Below are positions 38,337 to 50,839 of a stretch of DNA of 64,000 nucleotides, piece by piece (within the stretch, counting starts at the first letter, position 1; each line of letters begins with the position of its first letter). The notes under the pieces were generated by a model. That model did no database searches. It saw nothing but the letters and a program-made list of their open reading frames with translations, and was not told where the DNA came from. Source of the DNA: Antedon mediterranea. Its lineage: Eukaryota > Animalia > Echinodermata. Position numbers and translations under genes: made by a program. The stretch is taken from NCBI RefSeq assembly GCF_964355755.1, contig NC_092673.1, positions 14,666,948 through 14,730,947 of the forward strand, in the 5' to 3' direction.

Positions 38337-41300
38337 GGGGAACTAGCTCAGATGGTAGAGCGCTCGCTTTGCATGTGAGAGGTACCGGGATCAATGCCCG
38401 GGTTCTCCAATATTGTTGGTTAAAGTATATTTCCGGTATTGTTACATTTTTGGCTGAGATTTTTAACTAATATATATATTTTATCTCAACAATACTGGTG
38501 ACAATATGAACCGTTATAAAATAGCTACTGGTTTCTTGTAATTCTACATACGTTGAACTAGCTCAGATGGTAGAGCGCTCGCTTAGCATGTGAGAGGTAC
38601 CGGGAGCAATGCCCGGGTGCTCCAATAATGTTGGTTAAGCTTTATTTCCGGTACTGTTACATTTTTTGAGATTTTAAACTACTGTATATATTTTATAACA
38701 GCCATACTGGTGACAATATGAACAGTAACAAAATAGCTACTAGTTTCGTGCAATTGTATAGATAGGGAACTAGCTCAGATGGTAGAGCGCTCGCTTAGCA
38801 TGTGAGAGGTACCGGGATCAATGCCCGGGTTCTCCAATAATGTTGGTTAAAGTTTATTTCCGGTACTGTCACATTTTTTGAGATTTTAAACTACTGTATA
38901 TATTTTATCGCAACAATACTGGTGACAATATGAAGATTAATAAAATATCTACTGGTTTCGTGCAATTTTATATATTGGAACTAGCTCAAACGGTAGAGCG
39001 CTCGCTTCGCATGTGAGAGGTACAGGGATCAATGCTCGGGTTCTCCAATAATGTTGGTTAAAGTTTATTACCGGTACCGTTACATTTTTTTGATGAGATT
39101 TTTAACTAATGTATATATTTCATCGTAACAATACTGGTGACAATATGAAAAGTAACAAAAAAACTACTGGATTTTTGTAATTGTATAGAAGGGTAACTAG
39201 CTGAGATGGTAGAGCGCTCGCTTTGCATGTGAGAGGTACCGGGATCAATGTACCTCTTCTGATCCATGCCCGGTTTCTCCAATAATGTTGGTTAAAGTTT
39301 ATTTCCGGTACTGTTACATTTTTGGAGATTTTAAACGACTGTATATATTTTATCAGAACAATACTGGTGACAATATGAAGATTAATAAAATATCTACTGG
39401 TTTTGTGTAATTGTATAGATGGGGAACTAGCTCAGATGGTAGAGCGCTCGCTTTGCATGTGAGAGGTACCGGGATCAATGCCCGGGTTCTCCAATAATGT
39501 TGGTTAAACTTTATTTCCGGTACTGTTACATTTTTTGAGATTTTAAACTACTGTATATATTTTATAACAGCAATACTGGTGACAATATGAACAGTAACAA
39601 AATAGCTACTGGTTTCGAGCAATTGTATAGATGGGGAACTAGTTCAGATGGTAGAGCACTCGCTTAGCATGTGAGAGGTACCGGGATCAATGCCGGGGTT
39701 CTCAAATAATGTTGGTTAAAATTTATTTCCGGTACTGTCACATTTTTTGAGATTTTAAACTACTGTATATATTTTATCGGAACAATACTGGTGACAATAT
39801 GAAGATTAATAAAATATCTACTGGTTTCCTGCAATTGTATAGATGGGGAACTAGCTCAGATAGTAGAGCGCTCGCTTTGCATGTGAGAGGTACCGGAATC
39901 AATGCCCGAGTTCTCCAATATTGTTGGTTAAAGTTTATTTCCGGTATTGTTACATTTTTGGCTGAGATTTTTAACTACTATATATATTTTATCTCAACAA
40001 TACTGGTGACAATATGAACCGTAATAAAATAGCTACTGGTTTCTTGTAATTCTACATACGTTGAACTAGCTCAGATGGTAGAGCGCTCGCTTAGCTGCAT
40101 GTGAGAGGTATCGGGATCAATGCCCGGTTTCTCCAATAATGTTGGTTAAAGTTTATTTCCGGTACTGTTACATTTTTTGAGATTTTAAACGACTGTATAT
40201 ATTTTATCGGAAAAATACTGGTGACAATATGAAGATTAATAAAATATCTACTGGTTTCGTGCAATTGTATAGAAGGGGAACTAGCTCAGATGGTAGAACG
40301 CTCATTTCGCATGTGAGGGGTACCGGAATCAATGCCCGGGTTCTCCAATAATGTTGGTTAAAGTTTATTATCGGTACCGTTACATCTTTTTGATGAGATT
40401 TTAAACTACTGTATATATTTTATCGGAACAATACTGGTGACAATATGAAGATTAATAAAATATCTACTGGTTTCGTGCAATTGCATATATGGGGAACTAG
40501 CTCAGATGGTAGAGCGCTCGCTTTGCATGTGAGAGGTACCGGGATCAATGCCCGGGTTCTCCAATATTGTTGGTTAAAGTTTATTTCCGGTATTGTTACA
40601 TTTTTGGCTGAGATTTTTAACTACTATATATATTTTATCTCAACAATACTGGTGACAATATGAACCGTAATAAAATAGCTACTGGTTTCTTGTAATGCTA
40701 CATACGTTCAACTAGCTCAGATGGTAGAGCGCTCGCTTAGCATGTGAGAGGTACCGGGATCAATGCCCGGTTTCTCCAATAATGTTGGTTAAAGTTTATT
40801 TCCGGTACTGTTACATTTTTTGAGATTTTAAACGACTGTATATATTTTATCGGAACAATACTGGTGACAATATGAAGATTAATAAAATATCTACTGGTTT
40901 CGTGTAATTGTATAGATGGGGAACTAGCTCAGATGGTAGAGCGCTCGCTTTGCATGTGAGAGGTACCGGGATCAATGCCCGGGTTCTCGAATAATGTTAG
41001 TTAAAGTTTATTTCCGGTACTGTCACATTTTTTGAGATTTTAAACTACTGTATATATTTTATCGCAACAATACTGGTGACAATATGAAGATTAATAAAAT
41101 ATCTACTGGTTTCGTGCAATTGTATAGAAGGGGAACTAGCTCAGATGGTAGAGCGCTCGTTTCGCATGTGAGAGGTACCGGAATCAATGCCCGGGTTCTC
41201 CAATAATGTTGGTTAAAGTTTATTATCGGTACCGTTACATTTTTTTTATGAGATTTTTAACTAATGTATATGTTTTATCGTAACAATACTGGTGACAATA

Positions 41301-41926
41301 TGAACAGTAATAAAATAGCTACTGGTTTCGTGCAATTGTATAGATGGGGAACTAGCTCAGATGGTAGAGCGCTCGTTTCGCATGTGAGGGGTGCCGGAAT
41401 CAATGCCCGTGTTCTCCAATAATGTTGGTTAAAGTTTGTTATCGGTATCGTTACATTTTTTTGATGAGATTTTAAACTACTGTATATATTTTATCACAGC
41501 AATACTGGTGACAATATGAAGATTAATAACATATCTACTGGTTTCGTGCAATTGTATATATGGGGAACTAGCTCAGATGGTAGAGCGCTCGCTTCGCATG
41601 TGAGAGGTACCGGGATCAATGCCCGGGTTCTTCAATAATGTTGGTTAAAGTTTATTTTCGGTATTGTTACATTTTTTTGCTGAGATTTTTACCTTCTATA
41701 TATATATTTTATCGCAACAATACTGGTGACAATATGAACAGTAATAAAATAGCTACTGGGTTCTTGTAAATTTACATACGGAGAACTAGCTTAGATGGTA
41801 GAGCGCTCACTTAAATAACAAAATAGCTACTGGATTCGTGTAAGTGTATAGATGGGGAACTAGCTGAGATGGTAGGGCGCTCGGTTTGCATGTGAGAGGT
41901 ACCGGGATCAATGCCCGGGTTCTCCA
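38337..41926 (+). tRNA. Tandem tRNA-Ala array, block 3 (17 genes + 1 truncated), continuation of block 2
   Basis: Same unit; truncated copy at ~41780-41812; last gene 41854-41926. Confidence 0.95.
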
Positions 41927-41933
41927 ATAATGT

Positions 41934-44900
41934 ATAAAAAACAACATTAGCTATACAAAAGAACATGTAAACCTACAGACAAGCATCAAGTCTTTTATTA
42001 AATCGACACCAAAGATCCAGGAAGAAAGCCATATCTCAACCGAAGACAATGAAAACACTAATGAAAATACGAACATAGATGCCGGCTCATCTAGTTCTAT
42101 CCAGAAACAGAAAAAAAAAAGGAAGCGCATGAGAAGCAAATCAACATAGGGTCAGAATTATCCTTTATCATTATTATTATTAATTTATATACCTGTTATT
42201 TTTCTGTTTGCATTGAATTGATTTACTATATCTAATTATGGCTAAACAACAAAATGCAATCTTACATTGTGTATCCTTGAATGTAAGAGGACTGCGAGTC
42301 AAACAAAAACAAAGAAAAATTTTTAATTGGGCTAAAGACAACAAAATTGATATTTTTCTCATCCAAGAATCTCATCTGACAAACATCTTTGTCTCCAACG
42401 AGAATTTTCTTTGGGATGGAGATGCTTATCATAGTTTTGGTAGCTCTTTTAGCAAAGGTGTCTCAAAATTGATTAAGAAAGACCTTCAATACAAACTTAT
42501 AAAACAACAAATTGACATTAATGGAAGATATATTCTGTTAAAAATTGATATCAATGGTACCCAATACACGTTTGTAAATATATACTCGCCAAATGATTCA
42601 AAAGTAAGAGGTTCTTTCTTTAATAATATTGAGAAGCAAATTCAAACATTTTCGATCACTGATGAATATATCATTATCGGCGGAGATATGAATTGTATTC
42701 AGGATAGGCTACTCGATCAAAAAGGTAGCAAAATGAAAACTGATAAATCTGTCTTAAAAATTAAACATCTTATAAATAAACTGAAACTAGTAGATAGTTG
42801 GAGACTTCTAAATAATTAAAATCACAATTTACTTGGTGTAGGAAATCGGCCAACCTTTTTAAACGTCTAGATTACTGGTTTGTATCAAAAAGTTTGCATG
42901 ATACAGGAAACATTGTCTCATGCGATATTAGACCAGCGATTTCTACTGATCACCAAGGAGTTTCCATTAAGATAAATATATTTCAAGACTCTCGTGGTCC
43001 AGGATTATGGAAATTAAATTCCGATTACTTACAGGACGAACAATTTCTCAACAAAATTAATCAGATAATAGATAGCTGTTCACAGCAGTTCTATTTTCTT
43101 AATAACATAGAAATCTGGGAACTAATTAAAATCAAAATCAAAGAATTTTCAATCAACTTTGGCAAACTAAAATCGAAAAATAGAAATAGAAATAAAGAAA
43201 ACTTACAAAAAGAAATTCAACAACTAAACGCTAAACTAATGAACAACGATAGAGATGAATATGTGAATGCAGAAATTGAAATTAAATCTAAAGAATTAGA
43301 GGATATATATGACTATGAGGCAAAAGGGGCTCAAATTCGTTCAAGAGCGAAATGGGTAGAAGAAGGAGAAAAGAACTCCAAATACTTCCTTGGTCTGGAA
43401 AAAAATAACTGGAAAAGAAAACAAATGAAAAGATTAAAAAAATCTGACGGAACATGCGCCAAAAAAACTAAAGATATCTTGATTGAAGAAGTCAAACACT
43501 TTGAAAAATTGTATGCAAAAGAGGACATACAAGCAAATGATATTCAAAATTATTTAAATTTAATAGACGTTCCAAAGTTAACACATCTTGAAAAGGGGTT
43601 ATGTGAAGGAGAATTAACCTCCGTAGAATGCGAAGAAGCGATACGGAGTATGAAATTAAATAAAGCGCCAGGTACCGATGGTCTCACGGTAGCATTTTAT
43701 CAGACATTATGGCCCAAGATTGGCGTATTAGTCTGCAATGCTCTCAATCTATGTTTAAAAAATGGAGCACTATCAAATACGCAAAAAAGGGGAGTAATAA
43801 ACTTAATATTTAAAAAAGGGGATCTCAAAGACCTAAACAATTGGAGACCCATAACTCTCTTAAACACTGACTATAAAATTGCCGCCTTTGCTTTAACAAA
43901 AAGGCTACAAAATGTTATTAAAACAATTGTGAGTAATGATCAAAAAGGGTACATTAAAGGCCGTTTTGGTGGTGAAAACATCAGATTGATCGAAGATGTA
44001 ATTGAATATATGGATACTAGCAAGTTATCAGGGGCATTATTAAGTTTAGACTTTAGAAAAGCTTTTGACACAGTAGACAGAACTTTTCTTGTTAACACTT
44101 TGTACCATTTCAATTTTGGACCGTCTTTTATTGCATGGGTCAGAGTTCTATATGCTGAAACAGAATGTATTATTTTAAACAATGGATGGTGCTCAAAAAG
44201 CTTTAAAATGCTTAGAGGTATAAGACAAGGTTGTCCTTTATCCGCACTTCTGTTCATCTTGGTCGCTGAAATTATGGCGTTAAAGATAAAACAGGATAAA
44301 CTTATTAAAGGTATACTTTTACCAAACCCAGTTGTCGAGGTCAAAATTGCACAACTTGCAGACGACACGGTCTTATTTATGAAAGATGAGAACAGCATAA
44401 AAAAGTGTATTGATGTTGTTATCAAATTTGGTAATGTGTCTGGGTTAAGACTTAACAAAGAAAAAACAAATGCCATGTGGCTTGGAAAATGGAAGAAAAA
44501 GGACAACTTATTGGACATTAATTGGATTTCTGACGGTTTTAAAGTTTTAGGTGTTTATATTGGCCATGATAAAGAATTTTGTTTTGCCAAAAATTGGTCC
44601 GAAGAAATCTATTCGTTACAAAACACGCTTAGATCGTGGCGAAAAAGAAATCTGACCATTTTTGGAAAAATAATTATCTTAAAGACGCTGGGCCTGTCAA
44701 AACTTGTTTATGTTGCAAGTATTATAGACACGCCTGAAAGTGTTCTAAAACGTGTTGATAACATAATTTTTGACTTTTTGTGGGATGGAAAAAGAGAAAG
44801 GTTAAAAGAGTAGTTCTTATAAACGAATATGAAAGTGGTGGTGTTAAAGCGCCTGATTTCAGGTCACAGGTTAAATCTTTAAAAATATCTTGGCTTAAAA

Positions 44901-45901
44901 GATTGTATAACAATGAGGATTCAAAGTGGAAATGTCTGCCAAACACATATTTTAATAGAATAGGCCCAAAAGACATTATTGATAACATATCATATATTGA
45001 TAAGAAAAATGCTATTTTTAAAGCCATACCCGATTTCTATAAATCTATACTATGTATTTTAGTCAAACTTAATAGTGGTATGACTAAACGTCAATTATGT
45101 TATGATGATATATTGCATCAACAACTCTGGTATAACAAAATGATTTTATACAATGACATGTCAATATTTTTTAGAAACTGGATAAGGTCAGGTGTGCGAA
45201 ATATTAAGGATATTGTAATTGAGAATAGGTTCATTAACGCAAATGAATTACTTGATATGCTTAGGTATAAATCAAACTGGATTGCTGAATGGCAAATTGT
45301 ATTAAACGCAATTCCAAAAGAATGGAAAGAGAAAATCTTTTTAAGGGATAAAAACCAAAAGCACTCAAAAACAACACACGTTCGATGTTTGAATATGAGT
45401 AGCAAACAAATATGTTCTTTCTTTATTAAGGAAAAATGTCTAGAACCATCCAAAAGTAAAACAAAATGGGAAACATATTTTAACATGGAGAACGATTGGT
45501 CTGTAACATGGAAAAGAAAAATTAAAGATATTAAAAATAATAAACTTAAACAGTTGAACATCAAACTATTGCATTGTATAACACCTACCAAAAGAAGGCT
45601 GTTAAAATGGAAAATAAGCAACACAGATACTTGCCTACAATGCAACGTAGTAGAGGATGATGCCCATTTCTTTTATGAATGCACTGAAGTAAAACCCTTA
45701 TGGGAATATATTAACGTTTACACCATGCACAAATTTGGGATCGAGGCAAATTATCGAAACATTGTACTAGGTACAGGAAACAAATATGTAGACCACATGT
45801 TCTCTATTGGATGCTTCTGCGTTTACAAGGCACATACTTTGAAAAATGTAAACAAATGGAACTTGAAAAAACTTGTTTTGTTACTTGTTGTTACCAAGTA
45901 A
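41934..45901 (+). mobile_element. 5'-truncated Tx1/L1-group LINE abutting the tRNA array
   Basis: ORF1 tail (ends ~42149), then ORF2: SLNVRGL, QESH, GGDMN, RLDY, TDH, GPGLWKLN, RSRAKWVEEGEKNSKYF, NWRPITLLN, GIRQGCPLS, LADD, C-terminal CxxC..H..C. Confidence 0.92.
42238..45901 (+). pseudogene. Tx1 ORF2 (APE-RT-zinc finger) with frameshifts near 42815 and 44800
   Basis: ORFs 42238-42819, 42894-44813 and 44780-45901 are consecutive parts of one ORF2. Confidence 0.9.
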
Positions 45902-46078
45902 ATTTTGACTTGTCCGTATTTCAATACTTTTTTGCTTGCCAAGAATCGTAACATTCTTAACAAGAATCACACAAATTCTTATCAAGAAAATATTCTTACC
46001 AAGAAATAATACTTTAAGAACAATATTCTTCCAAGAATTTAATTGTTTTTTTCATTCTTGTTTTAAGCAGTATCTGTC

Positions 46079-47150
46079 TTAAAATAAAATTGCAATGTCC
46101 AACTTAATATGGTATGCAGCTCCAAAGTTGTTACCTCTCTTCTTCTTAATGCTGTTATCAAGATACTCATCGAATGTAACATGTATTTGTGTAGCATACT
46201 TTGATTGCCTAATGATGTATCTCAAAAAGGTGTCTGCCATGTGATGAAATGATGTATTTGCTGGAAATGAAGGTGGGAGTGACTGTACTACAGCGTGGCC
46301 ATCAAAGATGATTGCATCAGATGAAATTACTTCTATAGATGTTTCTGCTACCAATTCCTCTAATTTGTGCATGAAGTCTGATTTGAGACATGACACAATC
46401 GTGCCTTCCTCAGTAAAGATATTTAATGGAACAGGAGCATTTTCAAACATCATCACTCGCGCTCAAGTGGCACTTGCTTTCTTGAGTTAACTGCCATCAA
46501 CCGAAGATACATAATCTCGCCATCCATTGACACGGTTCTTTTAGAGGTTTTAACCTTGTTTCGCATATCTGCCATAGTTTTAATTTTGGATCTTGAGATA
46601 GCATCATATAGGCTTTTTCGTTCACCTTTCTGATTTCCAAATAGGCGTTCGCTATTAAAAAATGTATTGACCATTGAAGTACCTTTACTTAGTACATTAA
46701 CTAGACTTTCTTGGATTGCTGGGCTTGCAACTGCTCCTGTTGCGATATTAACTAACCTTTCTCTCTGGAGGATCTGAAAAATTAAATGGGTCAATGTAAG
46801 CTCCATCAAACATCTGAACAAGTTTTTGAACGTCATCATTCCTTGACAGTAACCAAATCTTGATTTGGTAACGCCACTCAATCTCAACACCATGTTGTGA
46901 TCTTGATGTCTTAAAGCAGCATTAAATACGGTACCTTAGTGTACATATTTGATTCACCTTTTGAATCAACCACTATCGACCATCCCGGTCGATGTTTGAT
47001 AGAACATCGTTCTCCACATATAAAACAGTAATTAAGCCAATCAAAATTAGCTTCATTGGTTGTTGTTGACCTAGTACAGTACTGCGTAATGTGGCTTCTT
47101 CATTCTCTACAATACGGTTCTTATCATATTCCTTGGATTTGCCTATCTGT
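46079..47150 (-). pseudogene. Academ-like DNA transposon protein fragment (XPG/PIN-like region), degenerate
   Basis: LVNIATGAVAS, E.APVPLNIF.EEG....KS.FMHKLE, IIFDGHAVVQ, IHVTFDEY...SIK motifs; family assignment from motif recall. Confidence 0.55.
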
Positions 47151-47225
47151 ATCCTCGTCAATCTCCTCGTGCTAAACTTGACGGAAGAGGCCTTTTGTCA
47201 CTACAGGGTGAAGTTAGACGAGTCG

Positions 47226-47741
47226 ATGATGAAGAACGTGATGGAGAAGAGCGCGTTCAAGAACATGACGGACAGAAAGAGCCTGATGTACGTAGACCGT
47301 GCCGCCAAAGACGTCTTCCAGACTCTGGATCTGCAAGCGCTCGCGGACAAGAACGGCGGCAGTTTGCCGGAACACACCTGCAAAAACCCTTACCTCCGGC
47401 AGACGTTGTGTAACCCGACGACGGAGGTGGTGGACAGCGATCGACTGAAGTTCAAGCGCAAGGAGCCGAATTTACTCACCGTCGAACGTTCGCACGCACG
47501 ATTGAGAAAAGCGTGGACCCAGATGCTGGCAAACGGGTCCGAGTACGAGATAAGACGAAAGCACGGTCACGATCGTAGCATCTACAATCGAGAAGTCAGG
47601 AAGATGCAGGAACGTATGATCAAGATCGACGAGACTTACGGCTTCTCTCCTCTCATCTACAATACAGGAGAAAAGAAGCTGTGGCCATGCACTTGTTCGT
47701 CGTCTCAGGAGAAAAATATAGAACCCTTTTTGTATCAATGA
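47226..47741 (+). CDS. Hypothetical protein, probably 5'-truncated at the island boundary
   Basis: Open frame from the junction (~47150), island-type codon usage, AATAAA at 47821. Confidence 0.6.
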   Translation: MMKNVMEKSAFKNMTDRKSLMYVDRAAKDVFQTLDLQALADKNGGSLPEHTCKNPYLRQTLCNPTTEVVDSDRLKFKRKEPNLLTVERSHARLRKAWTQMLANGSEYEIRRKHGHDRSIYNREVRKMQERMIKIDETYGFSPLIYNTGEKKLWPCTCSSSQEKNIEPFLYQ

Positions 47742-48104
47742 TGTGTAGCATTTTTTTTTTTTTTTTCTCTTTATTAAATTTGTAATTATTTTCAATGTGG
47801 TACATAATTATATTGATTGCAATAAAATTCGAAATACATAAACTCAAAATACATAAAACAAGTTTGTTTTTTTTTTGTTTTCTTCTTCCATTATCTTTTA
47901 TTTATTTATTTTTGTTGTTGTATATTTTAAATCCACTGTCTATACAGTGGTATACATAAAAAGGGTTGCTTTTAAAGCAAATGAAATAATAACAATAACG
48001 ATTATGACAGGTATACGAAGACAAGGGTGAAGATAACTGTGAAGATGATGATGATGATGATGATTAAAAAAAAATGTATAAATAAATAATTAAAAAAAAA
48101 GGAA

Positions 48105-50180
48105 TCATTCTCTCGGTGTAACGTTGCGTCGGTACGGTGAATTGTCACGTCTGCGTCTTCTCCTTACGGTAGGACCTGCCACCAGAACTTTCCTGTCTTC
48201 GTCGGACAGGAAGTGCTTCTCGTCGTAACCTGCAGTGAAATTTGCGTTCATAAAAAAAACCATTCTTTTCTGCAAAAACACCGTCTTTTCACGGGCGATT
48301 ATACGCTGGATAACGTCCATAGGAAAATACGGCCTGATGTCGGAAGGTTTGATTATTGTGAAACGCACTTCCAACCCCTCGCCGCCGCAACCGTCGTCGT
48401 CGTCATCATCATCATCGTAATCAGCGCCGCCGTGCGAGTACTGCGCAGGCAGTCGCGGCTCGTCGAACGGCCGAGGCAGATGACAGGGAAACGATCTCGA
48501 GGGCGGAAAATCGAATCCGTCTTCTCTGGAATCTTCGTCGGCGTCTGCAAATCGATTGGAAGGGTCGTCTCTTTCGAGAGCTAGCCGTTCTATGACTTTG
48601 ACGCAAGTTCCGTGGGATTGTAACGGACTTCGTACGAATTCCGTTTTCGGGTGGCACTTGAGCAGAGCCCTGGCGCACCGACGAAACAAAGCGAAACAAT
48701 CCGAAGATCGATTCCAGCTCACCGTCCCGTCGTCGTCCCCAGAACCGACCGTGACAACGTTTTCGAAATAAGTGACGCCTCTCTGCGATTCCGTCGGAGG
48801 CAATCGGTCGCTGCCGTCCAAATCTTTCCGATCGGTCGAAGCCAACACGATCGGGTAGGCGGAAAGACGGGTGACGAACCTCTCGTTCTGCTTGCTGGCC
48901 ACTTCGGCCGTAACACCCTCGAAAACGGAGGCGTGCATGTAAGGAATGCTGTGTCTCACGTGCTGTGTTACGCGAACGGATCTGTCGTACGCGTCGAACG
49001 CAGGCCTGAGCGATGCCATCTCGAGGCGTTGTTCTTCCGCGAACGAGAGTCCGACAACCGAAGACCTGAAGCGCACGGTTTTTGGATCGAAGTCGAAACG
49101 GACGAGTCTCGCAAGGTGGGAACCGAAGTTGGCAAGAGCGTACAGCAAATCGGGTTCGTTGCCAACCTCCGGCACCGCGTAAGAAAAGGCGATGGCGGGA
49201 TATGCGAGAGCGAACAGTTTCAAAGCTTCGTTCTGATCGCATCGCGGTCCCAGCGAAACGTGACCTTCGTGTTCCGGATCGGGAAATTGCGGAATCCACT
49301 TTCTGAGGTATTCCACGAAGCATCTTCTCCTGCTACCGTCGTCGATGCGCCTGGAAAGCCCTTCAAGAAAAGGGTCGACCCCTTCGAAAATCTTTCGAAA
49401 CGCTCGTTTTCGTCTCAGATAGAGGGGAGCCACAGACGACAGAAGGTCGATGTCGTCGAGTTCTACAACGTCGTGACCGTTGCGATATCCGTCTTCGCAA
49501 AGACTACGGACGACGGACTCGTAATCTTCGAACAGCAAAAGCCTTTTGCCGATCTCTTTGTAGAGGGTGACTCGTGATCTTGGCAGTCGTCGCAACTCCT
49601 GGTCTACGTCGAAACAAGCGCCTTCGACGGCGGCGTGGTTCTGCAGTCCCAAAGTTTTTGCCTCCGAGACGAACGTCTTACTACCCACCCTGTTACCGTC
49701 GTTGAGCACTCGACGAAGAAATTCTGCCACCGTCTCCTCGACTTTACGCGACGATGCGGCATCGCTTCGTCTTGCTTCGTTCAGGTAACTGTGCAACTTG
49801 GCAATTTCGAATGAATACGGAGTGCGCCGTCCGCTTGCGAACGATGCCGTCTCCCAAAGCAGAACGCCGAAAAGACTCAATCGCCCGTACGGTACGTGGC
49901 GACCCAGGAAGCTACGTGCTTTCGCCACAACGTAAGACGGAGATTCCGACAGCCAGTTGTACTGGTCGATTCTTTTGCTTTCCATGTGGAACCAGAAAGC
50001 TCTGGACTTGGCCAGGAGCAGTTTGTCGTCTACGTCGTAGTCGTCGTCGTCGTTCGGACGAGGGCGGGCGTCGCTTAGAAACGAAAGCAGTCGTTGCACT
50101 CTCGACGAATTTTTCACACCGGCCGACTTGAGGAGCTCAAACGACAACGCCAACAGGGCGACGTTCGGATCCGTCGTCAT
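48105..50180 (-). CDS. Hypothetical protein, 691 aa
   Basis: Long uninterrupted ORF ending at an AT-rich spacer; acidic tracts and basic C-terminus; no family recognised. Confidence 0.75.
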   Translation of the reverse strand: MTTDPNVALLALSFELLKSAGVKNSSRVQRLLSFLSDARPRPNDDDDYDVDDKLLLAKSRAFWFHMESKRIDQYNWLSESPSYVVAKARSFLGRHVPYGRLSLFGVLLWETASFASGRRTPYSFEIAKLHSYLNEARRSDAASSRKVEETVAEFLRRVLNDGNRVGSKTFVSEAKTLGLQNHAAVEGACFDVDQELRRLPRSRVTLYKEIGKRLLLFEDYESVVRSLCEDGYRNGHDVVELDDIDLLSSVAPLYLRRKRAFRKIFEGVDPFLEGLSRRIDDGSRRRCFVEYLRKWIPQFPDPEHEGHVSLGPRCDQNEALKLFALAYPAIAFSYAVPEVGNEPDLLYALANFGSHLARLVRFDFDPKTVRFRSSVVGLSFAEEQRLEMASLRPAFDAYDRSVRVTQHVRHSIPYMHASVFEGVTAEVASKQNERFVTRLSAYPIVLASTDRKDLDGSDRLPPTESQRGVTYFENVVTVGSGDDDGTVSWNRSSDCFALFRRCARALLKCHPKTEFVRSPLQSHGTCVKVIERLALERDDPSNRFADADEDSREDGFDFPPSRSFPCHLPRPFDEPRLPAQYSHGGADYDDDDDDDDGCGGEGLEVRFTIIKPSDIRPYFPMDVIQRIIAREKTVFLQKRMVFFMNANFTAGYDEKHFLSDEDRKVLVAGPTVRRRRRRDNSPYRRNVTPRE

Positions 50181-50839
50181 CGATCGGTGTGTCTGAAGTT
50201 TTCCGGCGCGATCGCATACGTGGCCTTTGCGACCGTCGCATCGTCTCGACTTTCTTCTACGCCGGTGGTACGTTTAACTTTGTGGTCGACGAAGACCGAC
50301 CGCAAAGTTTCCGCGACCGAAGCCGTCGATGGCCCCGTCGCATTCGGACCCGCCTCCGTCGTCGCCGCGGCAGTCGTTTTTGTCGGTTTCCGTCGTTTTT
50401 GCGAGAGGTCAACCTGCAGCGAAAGTTCGGGATCGGACCTGTTGAAAGTGTAACCGTCGTCGACGAAGTCGACCGTGTCCGAGCTCTCGTCGTAAGTCAT
50501 GCCTGTTTCGAAAAACATTCCGACTTCGTCTGGCCACTCGTACACGCGGGCCAGAGCCAAATTCGAATTACGATTGCGACTCGGTGCGACTGTGACTCCG
50601 TGTTCACCGAGAGGGTGAGGAGTAAACTTTCCAAAAACCACTTTCCATCCAGGTTTTCCGCTCATTTCTAATTTCATAGTGTCAGGAGTAACATCTAATG
50701 TGGGAAGCGGTGGACTCCAATCATCGTTCGTAGAGAAACGTTCAAGGATAACCCATTTACGTTCCGCCACAAGAGCTTCGTAAAGCGATTTGGGACTTTT
50801 CCTCGCCGAAACGTCTTGCCACCTGTAAATTCGGGACAT
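50177..50839 (-). CDS. Hypothetical protein, ~220 aa
   Basis: ATG at 50839 (MSRIYRWQ); stop overlaps the next start as ATGA at 50177-50180. Confidence 0.65.
   Translation of the reverse strand: MSRIYRWQDVSARKSPKSLYEALVAERKWVILERFSTNDDWSPPLPTLDVTPDTMKLEMSGKPGWKVVFGKFTPHPLGEHGVTVAPSRNRNSNLALARVYEWPDEVGMFFETGMTYDESSDTVDFVDDGYTFNRSDPELSLQVDLSQKRRKPTKTTAAATTEAGPNATGPSTASVAETLRSVFVDHKVKRTTGVEESRDDATVAKATYAIAPENFRHTDR

Noticed and set aside
12828-40663. Short ORFs overlapping tRNA units (12828, 14051, 38164, 39799, 40445)
   Set aside because: Chance translations of the tRNA repeat
27576-41926. Regular repeat-spacer pattern resembling a CRISPR array
   Set aside because: Repeats are 73-nt tRNA-Ala genes and the spacers are homologous to each other; no cas genes; eukaryotic context
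45865-46075. TTCTT..CAAGAA short repeats similar to those at 19020-19210
   Set aside because: Probably a subterminal-repeat remnant, but no terminus or TSD links the two regions
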